Source of the DNA: Rhizodiscina lignyota
Lineage: Eukaryota
Reading direction: 5' to 3'
NCBI GenBank assembly: GCA_010015805.1
Contig: ML978129.1
Span: forward strand, 372,001-436,000
Length of the DNA: 64,000 bases
Made by a program: the position numbers and the translations under genes. Shown here piece after piece: positions 45,778 to 58,800 of this stretch (position 1 is the stretch's first letter; the number at the start of each line of letters is the position of its first letter). The notes beneath the pieces were generated by a model. The model did no database searches and was not told the origin of the DNA. It saw only the letters and a list, made by a program, of their open reading frames with translations.

Positions 45778-47926
45778 TCACTTCTGCGGCCGCGGCCCAA
45801 TAATCTGCCTCCTGGCGCCGAAGCCAATACCCTGCGCTCCGCGATTCTGGCTATCCCCGCCCAAGTATCCGTACTGATGGGCATCCCAGCCCTCTCCCTG
45901 CGGCCCAAATGCACTCTCCTGATCCTTTGCCACAGCTTTACTCTCCTTCTGCGACTCTTCCCACTCTCTCTGCCTCTCACGCTCGCGTTCCATCTCCCGC
46001 TCGAGCAAAGACTTGGACGCCCACCCGCCCGCTTTGGTCTTCTGCTGGGAGGTTAGGCGTCGCGCGGCCTCGGCTTCTTGCTCGCCAGACGTCGAGATTG
46101 CGGCATCTGGTGCTGTGGAGACGGCCGGCCTAGCTGCAACAGGAGGAGCATTTTGAGCGAGGAAACGACTCGTCCTATTCGTTCCAGGTTGATATCGTTC
46201 CGGATCTGGCAGTGGTCGTGCTCCACCAGAGCTGGATGCCCCCGGATCTGGGAGAGGTCGGGCCGGTAAACCAGGCGCCGATGCCGTCGGGTCAGGGAGC
46301 GGCCTTGAACTGCCGAGTCCATTGCGGCTCTGGCGCATATATGCTCGCTCGTCTCCCGCCCAGCTGACTTCGCTGTCTTTCGGGCTCGGAGGGCGTTGCT
46401 GTACCGGAGCTTGGCGCGGACGACTTCGAGACCGCGCTCGATCCTTTCGCTGTGCCCTATCATCCTCTCGCTGGAAGCGATCCTGCCTTTCACGCTCGTA
46501 CTCTGCTTCTCTAGCCTTAGCTTCCTCAAGCTGTCGCTCGAGCTCTTTGACGCGATCGTGCTCGGAGTTGTGCTCATCATCTACGTAGTTACCGCTGACT
46601 TGTCGGCTGCTAGTCTGACTTCGTGCTTCTTTTTGATATTCCGAGAGGTATTGGCCCCTGAGTCGAGCATCGCTGCCGCCACGCTTCCTCTGCACCTCAG
46701 CCTTCTCTTGCTCGTACCGCTCAACTTCCGCGCGCTCCTCCTCTCTTCGTTTCTCCTCTGCCTCTTTCCATTTTCGCTCTTCCTCCTCCCACTCTCGCTT
46801 CTGCCGGTCGACTTCGAGCCTTTCTTGTTCTCGCGCCCGGCGCGAGTCCTCTTCCCACTTGCGCTCTTCTTCGGCCTTTGCGCGCTCCTCCTCTGCTGCG
46901 CGTTCTACGCGGCGCTTTTCTTCAGCCTCTTCCGCTTGTATACGGAGGCGCTCTGCTTCCGCCTCTGCTTCACGGCGCTTGCGCTCTTTCTCGGCAATGG
47001 AGGGGACGTAGGGAGCTGCAGAGGTAATCTGGCGTCGAGCACCAAAAGAGATGCCTTGGTTTCCTTGTGATGCACCGCCCATGTAACCTAGATATGAAGA
47101 AATGAGCATGTTGTATCATTACACAGCGACAAATGTAATGCAGAATCGAACATACCGTACTGATGAATATTCCATGCCGGAGCTGTAGTGCCCTCGTCGC
47201 TCCTCTTACTCCAGCTGCTTGTTGGAGCGGGTGGGCTTGCTGTTCCTCCACGGGTCCCCTCTGTCGTGCGTGACCCGCTGCTTCCACCTGTCAGCGCCGG
47301 AGACATTGCTCTCCCAGCGCCTGGCATGGCTTGACTAGCATTACCGCTCCCTCTCGTAGGGCTGTATCTGCCGCCAAAGCCATTCGATCCGCCGGTAGGT
47401 GTCGGGCTCATTGCCCCTCCGCGCTTCGGTCCGATACTGGTGCGAAACTTGGAAGGGTTGACTTTGTTCGCAACGCGTGAGAATGCTCCTAGGCACTGAA
47501 GAACTTGCGCCGGATCTTTGGACTCGTACAAATCTACTGTGAGGAAGCGGTCGTGTGCGGGCATGTTGAGCGGCGGCGATTCGCAGGCGCGGAGGAAGTG
47601 GGATATGTTCTCCATCTGCACAAACGGCATGGCTGAGGCTTTGAACTTGATGCCTGGTGGCGGAAGGGCCATGTTCGCAAGTCTGGTTGAAATGAAGTTG
47701 ATTAGATATCATGTCGTGAAGCCTAGCTCTTAGAATGGACATGCAACTGAAAGACATACCTGCACAGCGTTACCCCATCTTTGAGCGCTTCAAGGAGATC
47801 CCCAGGAGGAAGCCTCTCGCCCAGCGTCTCTTCTATCCATGCGCGAGCTTCATTCGCGGCAGCCGGAGTGTATCGCGCGAGCCGCAACTTCTTCATGTCC
47901 TGGTCGAGGGAGCTGACTGACGCCAT
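45778..47926 (-). CDS. Calponin-homology (transgelin/Scp1-like) actin-binding protein with two calponin-like repeats and a coiled coil
   Basis: MASVSSLDQDMKKLRLARY...LLEALKDGVTLC, MPFVQMENISHFL, FLTVDLYESKDPAQVLQCL; repeats HQYG|YMGGASQGNQGISFGARRQI and HQYGYLGGDSQNRGAQGIGFGARRQI. Confidence 0.9.
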
Positions 47927-50182
47927 GATGGCGTTGAAAAAATCCGAGACTCAAGATACGTGCTGAAGCTCTAGTTGTGAGGACCAAATATTTGAAAGTG
48001 TCGTGCCTTGTTCTGTTTAATGACGAATTCATGCGCCGGCTAGTCGGGGAAGCGTGACCGTTTCGTCACGGAGTCTGCGGAGCGAGTACGCGTCCGCCTT
48101 TGAGTCACTTTGTTCGGTCGTAGGTCCGTTCAAGTCGTAAATCGTATAAACACAGTCTGGCAGAATGGGGTATCATGAATGTTATGTTAGAGGGAAAGTG
48201 GGAGGACTGCCGACAGCGGTCTTGGTGGAATGCGGACGCGTTGGCGTGCAAGCCACACCCAGCCATACCCAGCCACACCTTCGTCTCATTCGTCAGGGGC
48301 ATGCAAAAGTTGGGACGACATCTCATCGGAATGAGATTGATGGCCTTCGTTATCGACCCTTTAGTTATTCTATCTGCTCTTTTCGAAAGCGTAATAAATC
48401 TATAATCACTTGGATCTCTATCCTACGTGCAAGCCTTGTTCCAGATCGTGCAATGTCTCCACCAGCGGCTCCTAAAAGACAGAAAGAGCATTGAACTAGG
48501 AGAACCCAGTGGGACTGCCCAGAATGCGTGCATTCATATCCTGCAATGCTAGAAGAAGGTGTAACGTTGCTGAAAGTATAAGAGAATGGTTTAAGGCGTT
48601 TCGACGCAGCATTCCACCAGAAGCTGCCCATCGGATTAGACTGCCGGCCAGCCGACGAAAGTAGCCGGTGACCGAATGGGAAACTGTTGGCCTTGGAGGG
48701 TTCTAACATGACATGGTGTATAAACGCTTGGTGCGTCGGAGAACCGGTTATCGCATTGATCTTTGCGAGGTCGAATTCCTCAACAGGTAGTACGATGTTT
48801 GGCCTCCGATCCTTCCATTTGATAGGGGGCAAGTAGGTTGCCTTTATAATGAAAGATATCTTCGCAGTTCTACGGCAAGAGACTGACAATTGAAGCTGTA
48901 CAGAATTCCAAGAACGATCAGAAACCAAAACGATGCGATGCGACATCTGGGACTTGAAACCGCGCATCTGAGTTTATTAGAGAGTGGCGGCATGTCCGAA
49001 TACACGTCAATGTTGATATCTTCTATCCTTCTCGACATCAGAATGCCCCTCCAATATAAAATGAAGTCGATTCGACACGTGGAAAGCTATTTTGAGAGGA
49101 ACGCTGCGCAATCCTGTGACCTCGCATCGGGAAAGTTTGCCAGAAAGTTTTGATGGAAATGAGAAATAGATGGAGCAGACACTTTAAGAAGACATAAGAA
49201 GCCCAGGAAAGAGATGGGTTGAATCAATGCGCGGTCTTAAGTGTGGCACGGGTTGTCATGATGTATGCGAATTTGGTGAAAAGCAGCGTAGCCTTTTTTG
49301 CGGTGTTATTGCGTGCCACGTACCGTGTCAATACCCGCCGCCTGTATGTGCTATTTCTTATACTGTGTTATATGTACAACTCGCGTATTCTAATCCCTGT
49401 GCTTTCGAGCACTGGTACGGAAAACATCAGGTAATGCTGAGTTTATCCTGGCCCCTCTTGCCCTTAGGGGCTGAGACCTCGTTGAGACGGACTGGGGGGT
49501 TCAGGTTTTTTTGCCCTTTGCTATGAAGGGTTCGATTCTCGCAGACATCATTCTTTTTCTTCTTTTTTGCACCTGTGGGCCACAAGTGCACCAAGGCCAC
49601 CATTATCCTCTTCTTTTATTCTTTTTCTTTTTTAACTTGCGCATATGCTCCACGCAACAAACACCAACGTTCTCGCACCATTTCTCGTGTATATTAAGCC
49701 CCGGACTGTGCTCGAATTTCGATACTCAGGACCGACCGTCTACAATCAATGCGAATCCACGGTTCAAACGTTTGCCTTATGAGAGGATTACCTAATCGAA
49801 CGCCCTCAAAGCCCGTCAACCAGTTGCGTGAGTGCTTGTTAGCCAGCCTTGCCTCATCCAGAGACGTCGCGGAAACTCTACTTGAGATGTTTGGTGCAGA
49901 GCCGCACAAAGGAGAGATGTATAATCTGGCCATGCGATATCATGGAGACATTTACATATAGAGAAGTGTATTCGCCAGAGGATACGCGACGTCATTTAGA
50001 AGACTCCAGCAAGCCACTCTGAGAACATCACAACCTTGCTCAGAGATGAATTGGGTTATGCATTTTACTCTCCACTGATGTTACCGAAGACTTCCAAACC
50101 TTCAGAGCCACGAACCCTTTCCAACATAATTGGTCTGCCCTTCCGATTTGGACCCTTTATTTTTCCTTCGAGGCCAACTTCT

Positions 50183-51277
50183 TTAATTGTATTTGTTCTG
50201 TCCGGATGCAAGATCTGTAGGAGCACTGCTCGCGAATTCTTCTGGATACACAAGCTTTAATGGATCTTGAAAGTCCACCCAACCCAGATATGGCTCAGAG
50301 ATGGCCCACCCGAGTACCCTCTGTGTCTTTCTGTCATGCTTCTTCAGCGAGTCGGGCGAGATGATGAGGTATTGGTTCTCTTCTTGTCGAAGAACTGCTC
50401 ATCATAGGGTCTGTCAGTTTTCGTCTTGAGGCATAAAGGAAGCGAGAACAAAAGCTATGGACAGAAGAACAACACTTACATCCTCTCGTACAGAAAGTCG
50501 CATAGACCAATCGCGACTGATCTGCCGTCTTGTTTGCAGATCCTCCATGGTAGCAGGATCCCAGCATGAGGAATGCATCGCCAACTTCCAGCTCTGCGCG
50601 GAACGTATTTGCATCTGTTTCAATGGGCTTATGCTCATTCCCCCACAGATGTGAACCTGGTATGAACCTGGTTGCGCCGTTGGCCTTGGTAGCTCTACTG
50701 CCCGCAACAAATAGCCCAACTGCGGTTTCGCGCGTATTTAGATCGCGGTCATCAACCCATTCAGAGATCTCGGTGTGCACTTGGTGGTGAATGTAGTCAT
50801 CCTGAATCCATGTCAGTATTCGCTCCTTGTCAAGTGTAAGGATGAGGGTACCCTATGAATCTCCTGGTCCGGAGCTCCTGGACCAATCTGAATCCCGGTG
50901 GTCGCACTGATCTGTGGCAGCGATACCGACTTTTTTTGCTCATTCCCCCACCAGAATGTGTTTGTCGTCGTCAGAAAATGCCGTACGACAGCCTGGTAAA
51001 TCGGATCCATGAGCTGTGTCTTGGTGAATGTTGGCGCATAAGTATTCATCGCGGTGGCTCGACGTGTTTCTCCGGGGAAGAAACTTCCGCTCCATGGCTT
51101 GTCTGCCTCTAGGCGATGGGCAATTTCACTGTTGGTTTGTTCGACAGTAGCCCTGTCTAAGAAGTTGGTGACCACGACGCCACCATCCCTCTTCAGCAGC
51201 CAGAAAATATCCTCAACAGGAGTGTCGCGAGTCACGCGCTGTACACCGTGAGGATATTTGCTTGTCGTACTGGGCAT
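50183..51277 (-). CDS. Phytanoyl-CoA dioxygenase (PhyH) family Fe(II)/2-oxoglutarate dioxygenase; 2 introns
   Basis: LKRDGGVVV, IGPGAPDQEIHR|DD (HxD), NGATRFIPGSHLW, YHGGSAN, and RG|FLRQEENQYL. Stop TAA at 50185-50183. Confidence 0.92.
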
Positions 51278-52563
51278 GTTTTGTGCTGAAAGAATTTTAT
51301 TCAACGAACGAATATGCTTTACTACAAGTAAGAGAAAGATGTAGGGGAGGGTTCCTGCCTGGTACACAAGGCCAGAGAAATATCTGCTTCTCCTTCAGCG
51401 ACTTCAGTGTCTCCACTTGTGACTCAAACATACCGCAGCCTAGGTATATAACAACAATAGCTTCAACATGATATCCGCAGACAGCGGCTTAATCTTCCTA
51501 ACCGGGTAGGTCTGCATGATCCCTTTTCCTCCGCCGACTCAGACATGATCCGAACGTTTCCTTTAGTGTCCAGAAGCGTTCCAGCAGCTAGAGACATTCC
51601 GAGGTTCAATGGTGCTAGTGGGAAGAATTTATCTGCTACATGGTGTGATCACGCAACTTTAGGACCATATTTCGTCTTTGATATTGACACAATACCTAAA
51701 ATCTTCGGCGATAGACGCGATATCAAGGCCGGCCTCAATTGAACTCGGACCGGCTTCAACAAGATGCAGGCAAAGTGGAGCGAGGCGGCCAAACTAAGCT
51801 CGCGCCAATCAATCGAGCAAAGCTTCACTGTGAACCACGTGGTTACTGCGTTCAATCGATTCAATCCAAACTCTATTAATTTAACACGAGGCATTGTTTG
51901 AGCTTCATTACACTTATTCCTTATAATTTAATACCATAGCACTACAACTAAGAAACAATCAACATGATTATCTAGGTTATATACTTCCAATGTCGTCCAG
52001 CTGGTTCTGCGACTTCCGTACCTTATCAGACGTCGTACGTGAGGCGGCGAGGCGCAGGGGCCTATCTTGCATTGCAGATCACTCTAATATCGTAATGCAG
52101 AATCTGTTTTGAGGTGGAAATCAATTTCCGAATTCCGTGCTAACGAGGAACCAAAAAGAGGAACTAGAAAACAATCTGCTCTTAGAAACTGACAAGGGCA
52201 TACTCGAAGTTGTGAATACTATTACCTGATGGGGTTAGTTCCAGTGCTTGTTGGCCAATAAGAAGACCAGCTCTTTTAATCAATCCCGAAGCGGAGCTAT
52301 CCCAACAAGCGTCAATTGCGATAGATTCTGCCGTATGGTGTGCTTCATATGCGCACACCATTCACCAACCTCTGGTCTAGACTGGGTGGTCGCTTTTTAT
52401 TCATTGACATTAAATGCAGAAATGGTACTCTCTGATTGCTTGGTTTTCATTTTCATCGAAGAATCTACATTCCCCTGCAGGATTTGGCCGCATCGCGTTT
52501 GGCAGATATAATACTATTGAGAAGTACTGCATTTGAGAACTCCCTTCAATAGACTTTGCTACC

Positions 52564-55063
52564 ATGGCTATTAAAACATCCGCTGCCGAATCTTCGAAAG
52601 AGTTGAAGGGGGAATCGGCCCCAGGAGGAGATCGAATCACCGTCTCTCAAGATGAGTTTAATCTTGCGCAGCTGGGATATAAACAAGGTATGACAAGAGA
52701 CCAAAAATTCGACAATTCTGCAGCAGTTGTGCGGTAACTAATTATCCTATCTTAAGAGTTCTTCAGGCATCTTGGAATATTCGAGAATTGGGCTTCTGTC
52801 TTCACCGTATGACAGCCATTGTAGAGCCAGCGTGCTAGGTTGTTAATATCATCCCAGGCAATGAACTTCGTGTCTGGTATTGCCGGACTTCTCTCATGGG
52901 TATTATATACTGGAGGTGCGCGATGGAGATTCTGTAATCATAAAAGTAGTCATGGGCATTATCCACTAACCTCACGTTTAGGCCCGACGCCAGCATTCAC
53001 GTATTGGATCATTGTTGGAGTCATGGCACTCAATGTTGCTTTCGTTATGGCCGAGATCGCTGCTGCATATCCGACCGCTGGCGGTATCTATTTCTGGTCA
53101 TATCGGCTGGGCGGAGCAGAATGGGGACCATTCCTTGCCTGGATGACCGCCGTATGTGGCCCAAATGCAATGCCTTGGTCGAAGCAATATATAACTTACC
53201 TCTGACAGTGGTGGAATTTCGCTGGGTGGCTTTGTTCGATCCCGAGCGTGCAACAAAATTCAACCAATTTCCTCATGTCGGCCATAGAGATCAAATATCC
53301 GGAGCTGGAGGTGCTACATAAAGGATGGTTTACTTGGATACTAACGTAAAGTTCAACGACTTGCCTTGGACTGGGCCATTGCTGAAACTAGAGATTACAG
53401 GGCTATTGGGACGTTCATTGCGCTAGCGCCAAACATCATCTCGCACAGAGTACTGTGAGTGTTCTCTTTCAACATCCTCTACATGACTTGCTCCACACTC
53501 CCCGTATAACTCGCGTAAACGACTATCAGATTAGTCCTGACAGTTAATAACAGACGATGGTACCTTCGCTTCGCCGTTGTCAGCGCCATGACTCTCTTCT
53601 TTTGCTACACAATCTGGCTTCCTATCCGGGTAAGGCATTACTGTACATCCAGAGTGTAGTTATTAGGTGCGCGAATACTAATAGAGTGCGGATCAAATAG
53701 GCTTCCGGCAAATTCCAACCAGCCAAAGCAATCTTCCAGCATTTCGAGAACGGAATCTCATTAGGCCCCAAGAAACAAGCATCTGATGCCTATGTATGGA
53801 CTATTGCGGTTCTTTTCAGCGCCTGGTTTGTCCCCAGCAGTGGATAGTCGTTTACGAAGCTAACTACATAGGGTGTTCTACGGCTTCGATGGCTGTGTCC
53901 ATCTGGCAGAAGAGACACAGGAAGCGAGGTGAGTGTGTATTGTTCAGCATTGCGAGTGATGCTTGCTAATGGACATCCTAAGTGCTGTGGTCGCCAGAGG
54001 AATGTGGCTGTCAACTCTCTCATCCTGTAAGAGCTTTAAGGCGTTAAGGATGCCAAAGACACTAAACAGTACATTTAGGGGCCATCTCCATACCGACATT
54101 GATCATCATACTTTTCTGCATCCAAGACTTTACGGCCATTGTCGACGCCACCTACTCCAATAATTTCGCGGAATTCCTCATCCAAGTTGTTGGGGAAAAT
54201 GGTGCAATCGCAATCCTAGTCCTATTGTTTATTGATTCGACTTGCGTCTCTGCGGCCAATATTTTGTCTTGCCAGGTTTGTTCACCTCTGCCCGACTCCT
54301 GAAAACTACCGCGTTATTTCTTCGGCCCTGACTGAGAATCACAATTCGCTCATGTGTCATCTTGTTCAACAGCGTGTCGTTTTCGCAATCTCACGAGATG
54401 GAGTACTACCATTCTCCAAGTATTTCCGCCGCCTGAACAGAAATAAGATACCTGTCAACGCCGGTTTCCTTGTGGCTTTCCTCAGCATCGCTATTACAAC
54501 CGCCGTCATCGGCTCTACGGTTGCATTCACAGCCATCACAGCCACGTAAGCCACCTTGAATTCCTCTCTCACCCACTCTTAAGTTCTCCTGGCCATATTG
54601 CTAATAGCAAATGCACGCACAATAGTGGTACCATCGCCGCCAACTTCAGTTACATCATCCCTATCCTGGCCCGGAACACAGTAGGTCGGCGCCGCTTCCA
54701 ACCTGCAAAGTGGAACTTGGGCCGAGCCAGCCCACTCATGGGTCTGGTGGCTATGCTCTACATCATGTTCTTGTTTGTTGTGCTATTGCTTCCCCAAGTG
54801 TACCCTGTAAATGCTGTGAGTGTATAATCCCAAAAAGCCTACAACAGAGCGGCTGACGACACTAGCAAACTCTCAACTATGCACCAATCTGCATCGGAAT
54901 TGTCACACTTGTCAGTTTCTGCGGATGGATCCTGCCTTTCGGACTGGGAGCAAGGCATTGGTTCTACGGCCCGAAGAAGACGATTGAGGACCAGGAGCTG
55001 AGGAAGATGACGGTCGTGGATCAAACCGGAATAGTGACGGTAGATGGGAAGGGCGTTGCGTAG
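52564..55063 (+). CDS. APC-superfamily amino acid/GABA/choline permease; 14 exons
   Basis: Manual splicing of 13 GT-AG introns gives a continuous protein: LAQLGYKQ|EFFRHL, MAEIAAAYPTAGGIYFWS, W|VFYGFDGCVHLAEET, RVVFAISRDGVLPFS, and LNYAPICIG...WFYGP. Confidence 0.88.
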
Positions 55064-55876
55064 ATTGGAAAGCTACCTCTGTCCTCTTTAGGTCAGTAGC
55101 TTGCTATTGCCCGTTTTCGAGGTTCTTGAGGTTTCGTTCATTATTCACAGAGCGAGAATCCCTACGACCTCTACTCTTTTCTGCTCTCTCTAGAAGGATT
55201 AGTCGTGCCGGCGTGCTATGTATACTACTGGTTGGATAAGATAAAGAATCAGACTAAAGGGAAAGTCTTTCTAACACGTACCAGCAGTGTTGAATGACTA
55301 TAAACTTAGGCATTGAGAACCCTCTCTTAATCTCTCAGTGTACTCAGGCCACTCATTCTCATAGCCATCCATCATTCGTTTGAACTGTTCGTTATGGCCT
55401 CGCATCGACGCTACGATAGAGAGCAGGCGCTCGGAAACACGCTCTCGCGGAGTTGACGACGACTGTTATATTGCATCTTACAGTCTCTTCTGCCACCAGC
55501 GCTGCAAGGTGTAAAGTTGCAGTCGTTGTTCAATATAATCTCCGCAGCGTATTGGCCGCGTGATAGAGCGACAAGATTAGATATACGTCAAGCTTATCAC
55601 GTGCATGGATTGAGCAGTATCACAGGCGGCACCAAAAGCTCACTGTGGTCTCTTCACACACCCGCCCTGTATGTACAGTGCAAGAGACTAAGCTTGTTAA
55701 ACCTTCTTGAATATTCCGGGTATGGTATGCTACACTTTTAATTCACTGCTGTTGAAACTCACTACCAAGAGTAACTCAGGGCAACAGACCAGGGGACCCA
55801 GCACCAAGCTGGCCCGCTCCAGTAACCGAAACCCAAGATCCAAAGAAAACAAACTGTATACACCACCGAAGCTACC

Positions 55877-58800
55877 TCACGCGGCAGACATGTCCAAGCC
55901 CGCGTTCTTCAGCCCCGCCATGAACGCATCCTTGATATCACCCTTGCCAGTCTTCCGCTTCTCCTCCTTCACCGGGGTATCGTGCTTCATCTGGTCCTTC
56001 AGCGCCTCCTCTACCATGTCCATGACCGCCTGCTCCGCGTTGCCGCCTTCCTCATTGCTTCCCTCCTCACCCACAACGCGCTGATCAAGCGCCAGCTTGG
56101 TAGTGCACATCTTGTGGATCTGCTCCTCAATCGTGTCTCGAGTGATGAGCGTGATCACCTCTACTGGACGCGTCTGGCCGATTCTATGCGCGCGGTTGCT
56201 CGCCTGGACGTCATCTTGCGGGTTGAACGACTGATCGAGAATGATGACCTTGTTGGCGCTCTGCAGGTTGATGCCAGTGCCGCCTGCCTTGGTGGTGAGA
56301 AGGAATACGGGGATCTCGTCGCTCTCATTGAAGTCCTCGATGAGGTCCTGGCGGTCAACGACCGGAGTGCTTCCGTCGATACGTGCAAACTTGATCTGCT
56401 CGGCTTGGAAGACAACCTCGAGAATGTCCAGGGTACTGTTGAACATCGAGAAGATGAGCGTGCGGTCGCCGTTCGCAATGTGCTGCTTCAAAAGTTCCAC
56501 CAGCTTCTTGACCTTGCCGGAATCCATGCAGTCCTCGTATGAGCAAGCCCATTCAGCAAGGACATCGTGGTCATTGCAAAGCTTGTTGAGCGAGCCGTCC
56601 GAAAAGTCCATCCACCGGTCGTGATTTCTCTCCCACTTCTGGCGGCTGAGCTTGGGGTCATCGCTACTCGAAGCGGTCTTTGCCATGTTAACGATGTCGC
56701 TTTCCTGGTATAGTCGCTTCAAACACAGCCGATGGATGGCAGCCAGGCGCAACGCCATCATCCGATTGCCGATCTTAGGGGTACCACTGTCTATGGCTTC
56801 CTGGAGATATCTCGCCTCCTCCTGCAGGATTTCGTTGTAGACCTCCTTCTGTAGCTTTGTCATGTCGCAATACTCGATCTTTGAGGTCTTGGCAGGCAGA
56901 TCCTTCTTGACTTGGTGCTTCATACGGCGGAGGATGAACGGCACCATCATCGCTCGTGCACGCTCGATACGTCGAGCGGAGAGTAAGGCGGCATGATCCG
57001 AATCCGTCGTCTTCGCCTTGTGCTTGAAGATGGCCTGCAGATCGTCCCTGTGCTCCTCGAACAAGTCGGGCATAATGAAGGCAAGTAGCGAGGTAAGCTC
57101 CTGCAAGTTGTTCTGTACTGGGGTACCAGTCAACAGAATGCGACATCGCGACTCGATGGCCATGAGGTCATTGTACCGCTTGGTGTTGCGGTTTTTCAGC
57201 GCTTGTCCCTCGTCGTAGATAATGGCCACGGGCTTGATCTTGTGTAGGAACTTCTGGTCATCCCTTTGCTTTGTCATGTCATAAGTGGTGACAACCACGT
57301 CGACGCTGTCTTCCTTAATGCTTGCCAGGATCTCGTAGCGCTGCTCTGGTCGCTCAGATTGCGTACCATGATACGCTACGACGTCAAGTTCAGGTGAGAA
57401 TTTCTCGAATTCCTTGATCCAATTGGCAATCGTTGAAGCGGGCACAATTACAAGGTGAGGGCCTTTAACACCCGTCTCCCTCAAATGTGTGAGGAAGCCA
57501 ATGATCTGACAAGTTTTGCCTGTGCCCATTTCATCTGCAAGGATGCACGATAGTCTCTTTGAGAACATGAGGCTTAGCCAGTTCAGGCCCACGATCTGAT
57601 AGTCCTTCATGGGAAAGTCCTTTGACATGATCGATGGCTGTGGGATGAAGTTGGTCTTCTTTCTAGCCTGGCTGCGTGGAGGTGTGCCGATCGGGGTGCC
57701 GATCGGGGTGCCAATTCCAGAGTCGCGAGTGGAGTTTGAATCGCTTGTAGAGCCGTCAAAAGTGGTCAGGTCGAGCTTCGCTTCTCCCTGAGAAGCCCCA
57801 TAGACATCGACCCCCCAAGTCTTCATGACACCAGTAACAGCTTGACCAAGAGCCTTGCACTCTGCCGAGAGCTCATCAATCGCTTTGAAAGCTGCAAACA
57901 TGTCCTCGCATTTCTGGACGATGTTCGTTTGGCCAATTTCTTTCGTCATCTTTTTCCCAGCCTTAGTCGTACGCTCAAGCTTGACGGCTTGAACATCCTT
58001 CATCCTCTTGAACGGACGAGCCTTGATGATAGCTTCAACGACATCCTCGGGCTGCTCAGACACGTCGATGATGTTAGCAGCGTCTTGAGTGTTGAAGAAC
58101 TCGAGAAGATCGCCGCCAAATGCATCGTCTTCCGACTCTTGCTGAAATCCAGAGTCATCGGCTTCTGACGCGATTTCGATTGTCTCCTGCGGTGGTGGTG
58201 AAGATGCGTGCTTGCGACCTTGAATAAGTCTGCGCCTCCTCTGAACGGGCGCCTCCTGTTTGGCCTCTTCTTCGCGTTCCTTTTCGACCTGGGAAAGCAA
58301 CGTACGATATGACTGATTCTGACTAATTTCCGGTCGGCTTATCTTTCTGTATTTATCATGAAGATTGGTGTGTTCATGCTTCTTGACAGTCTGCTTCATG
58401 ACAGTCTGCTTCATGTTATGCTTGATGGGTTGTGCCACGCCTTTCCGTGCAACAGGGCGGCGATCATCGTCCTGGTCTTGCGTGAGATCGATAGTTTGGG
58501 ATCGTGACTTTTGAGAATTCGACTTGTACAAACGTGCCTCATTCTCCTCTTCCTCCACCATATCTGTGAGGATTTTCATCGACTCTTCGTATTTTCCCTT
58601 TGCCTTGATAAGAGCATCCTGACACATGTGAACCGTTGCGGAAGGCAGCACCTTTCGCATTGACTCGACCTTGGTACGAATGTTGTAGTCCTTAATCTCT
58701 GCTATTGTGAGGTCGGGAACGTCAACCGGTCGAGCACGGGATGGTCCGGTCTGCTTCAGCTGCTTCGGAGGCCTCGTTGAGTTGTTGAATGAACTAGACG

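Noticed and set aside
48365..48967. 200-aa minus-strand ORF in an intergenic gap
   Set aside because: No recognisable domain or convincing gene structure. A degenerate remnant cannot be excluded without a search.
49525..49550. tRNA gene suggested by GGTTCGATTC
   Set aside because: The T-stem arms do not pair and there is no matching 5' acceptor stem or D arm upstream. Kept only as a B-box-like site.
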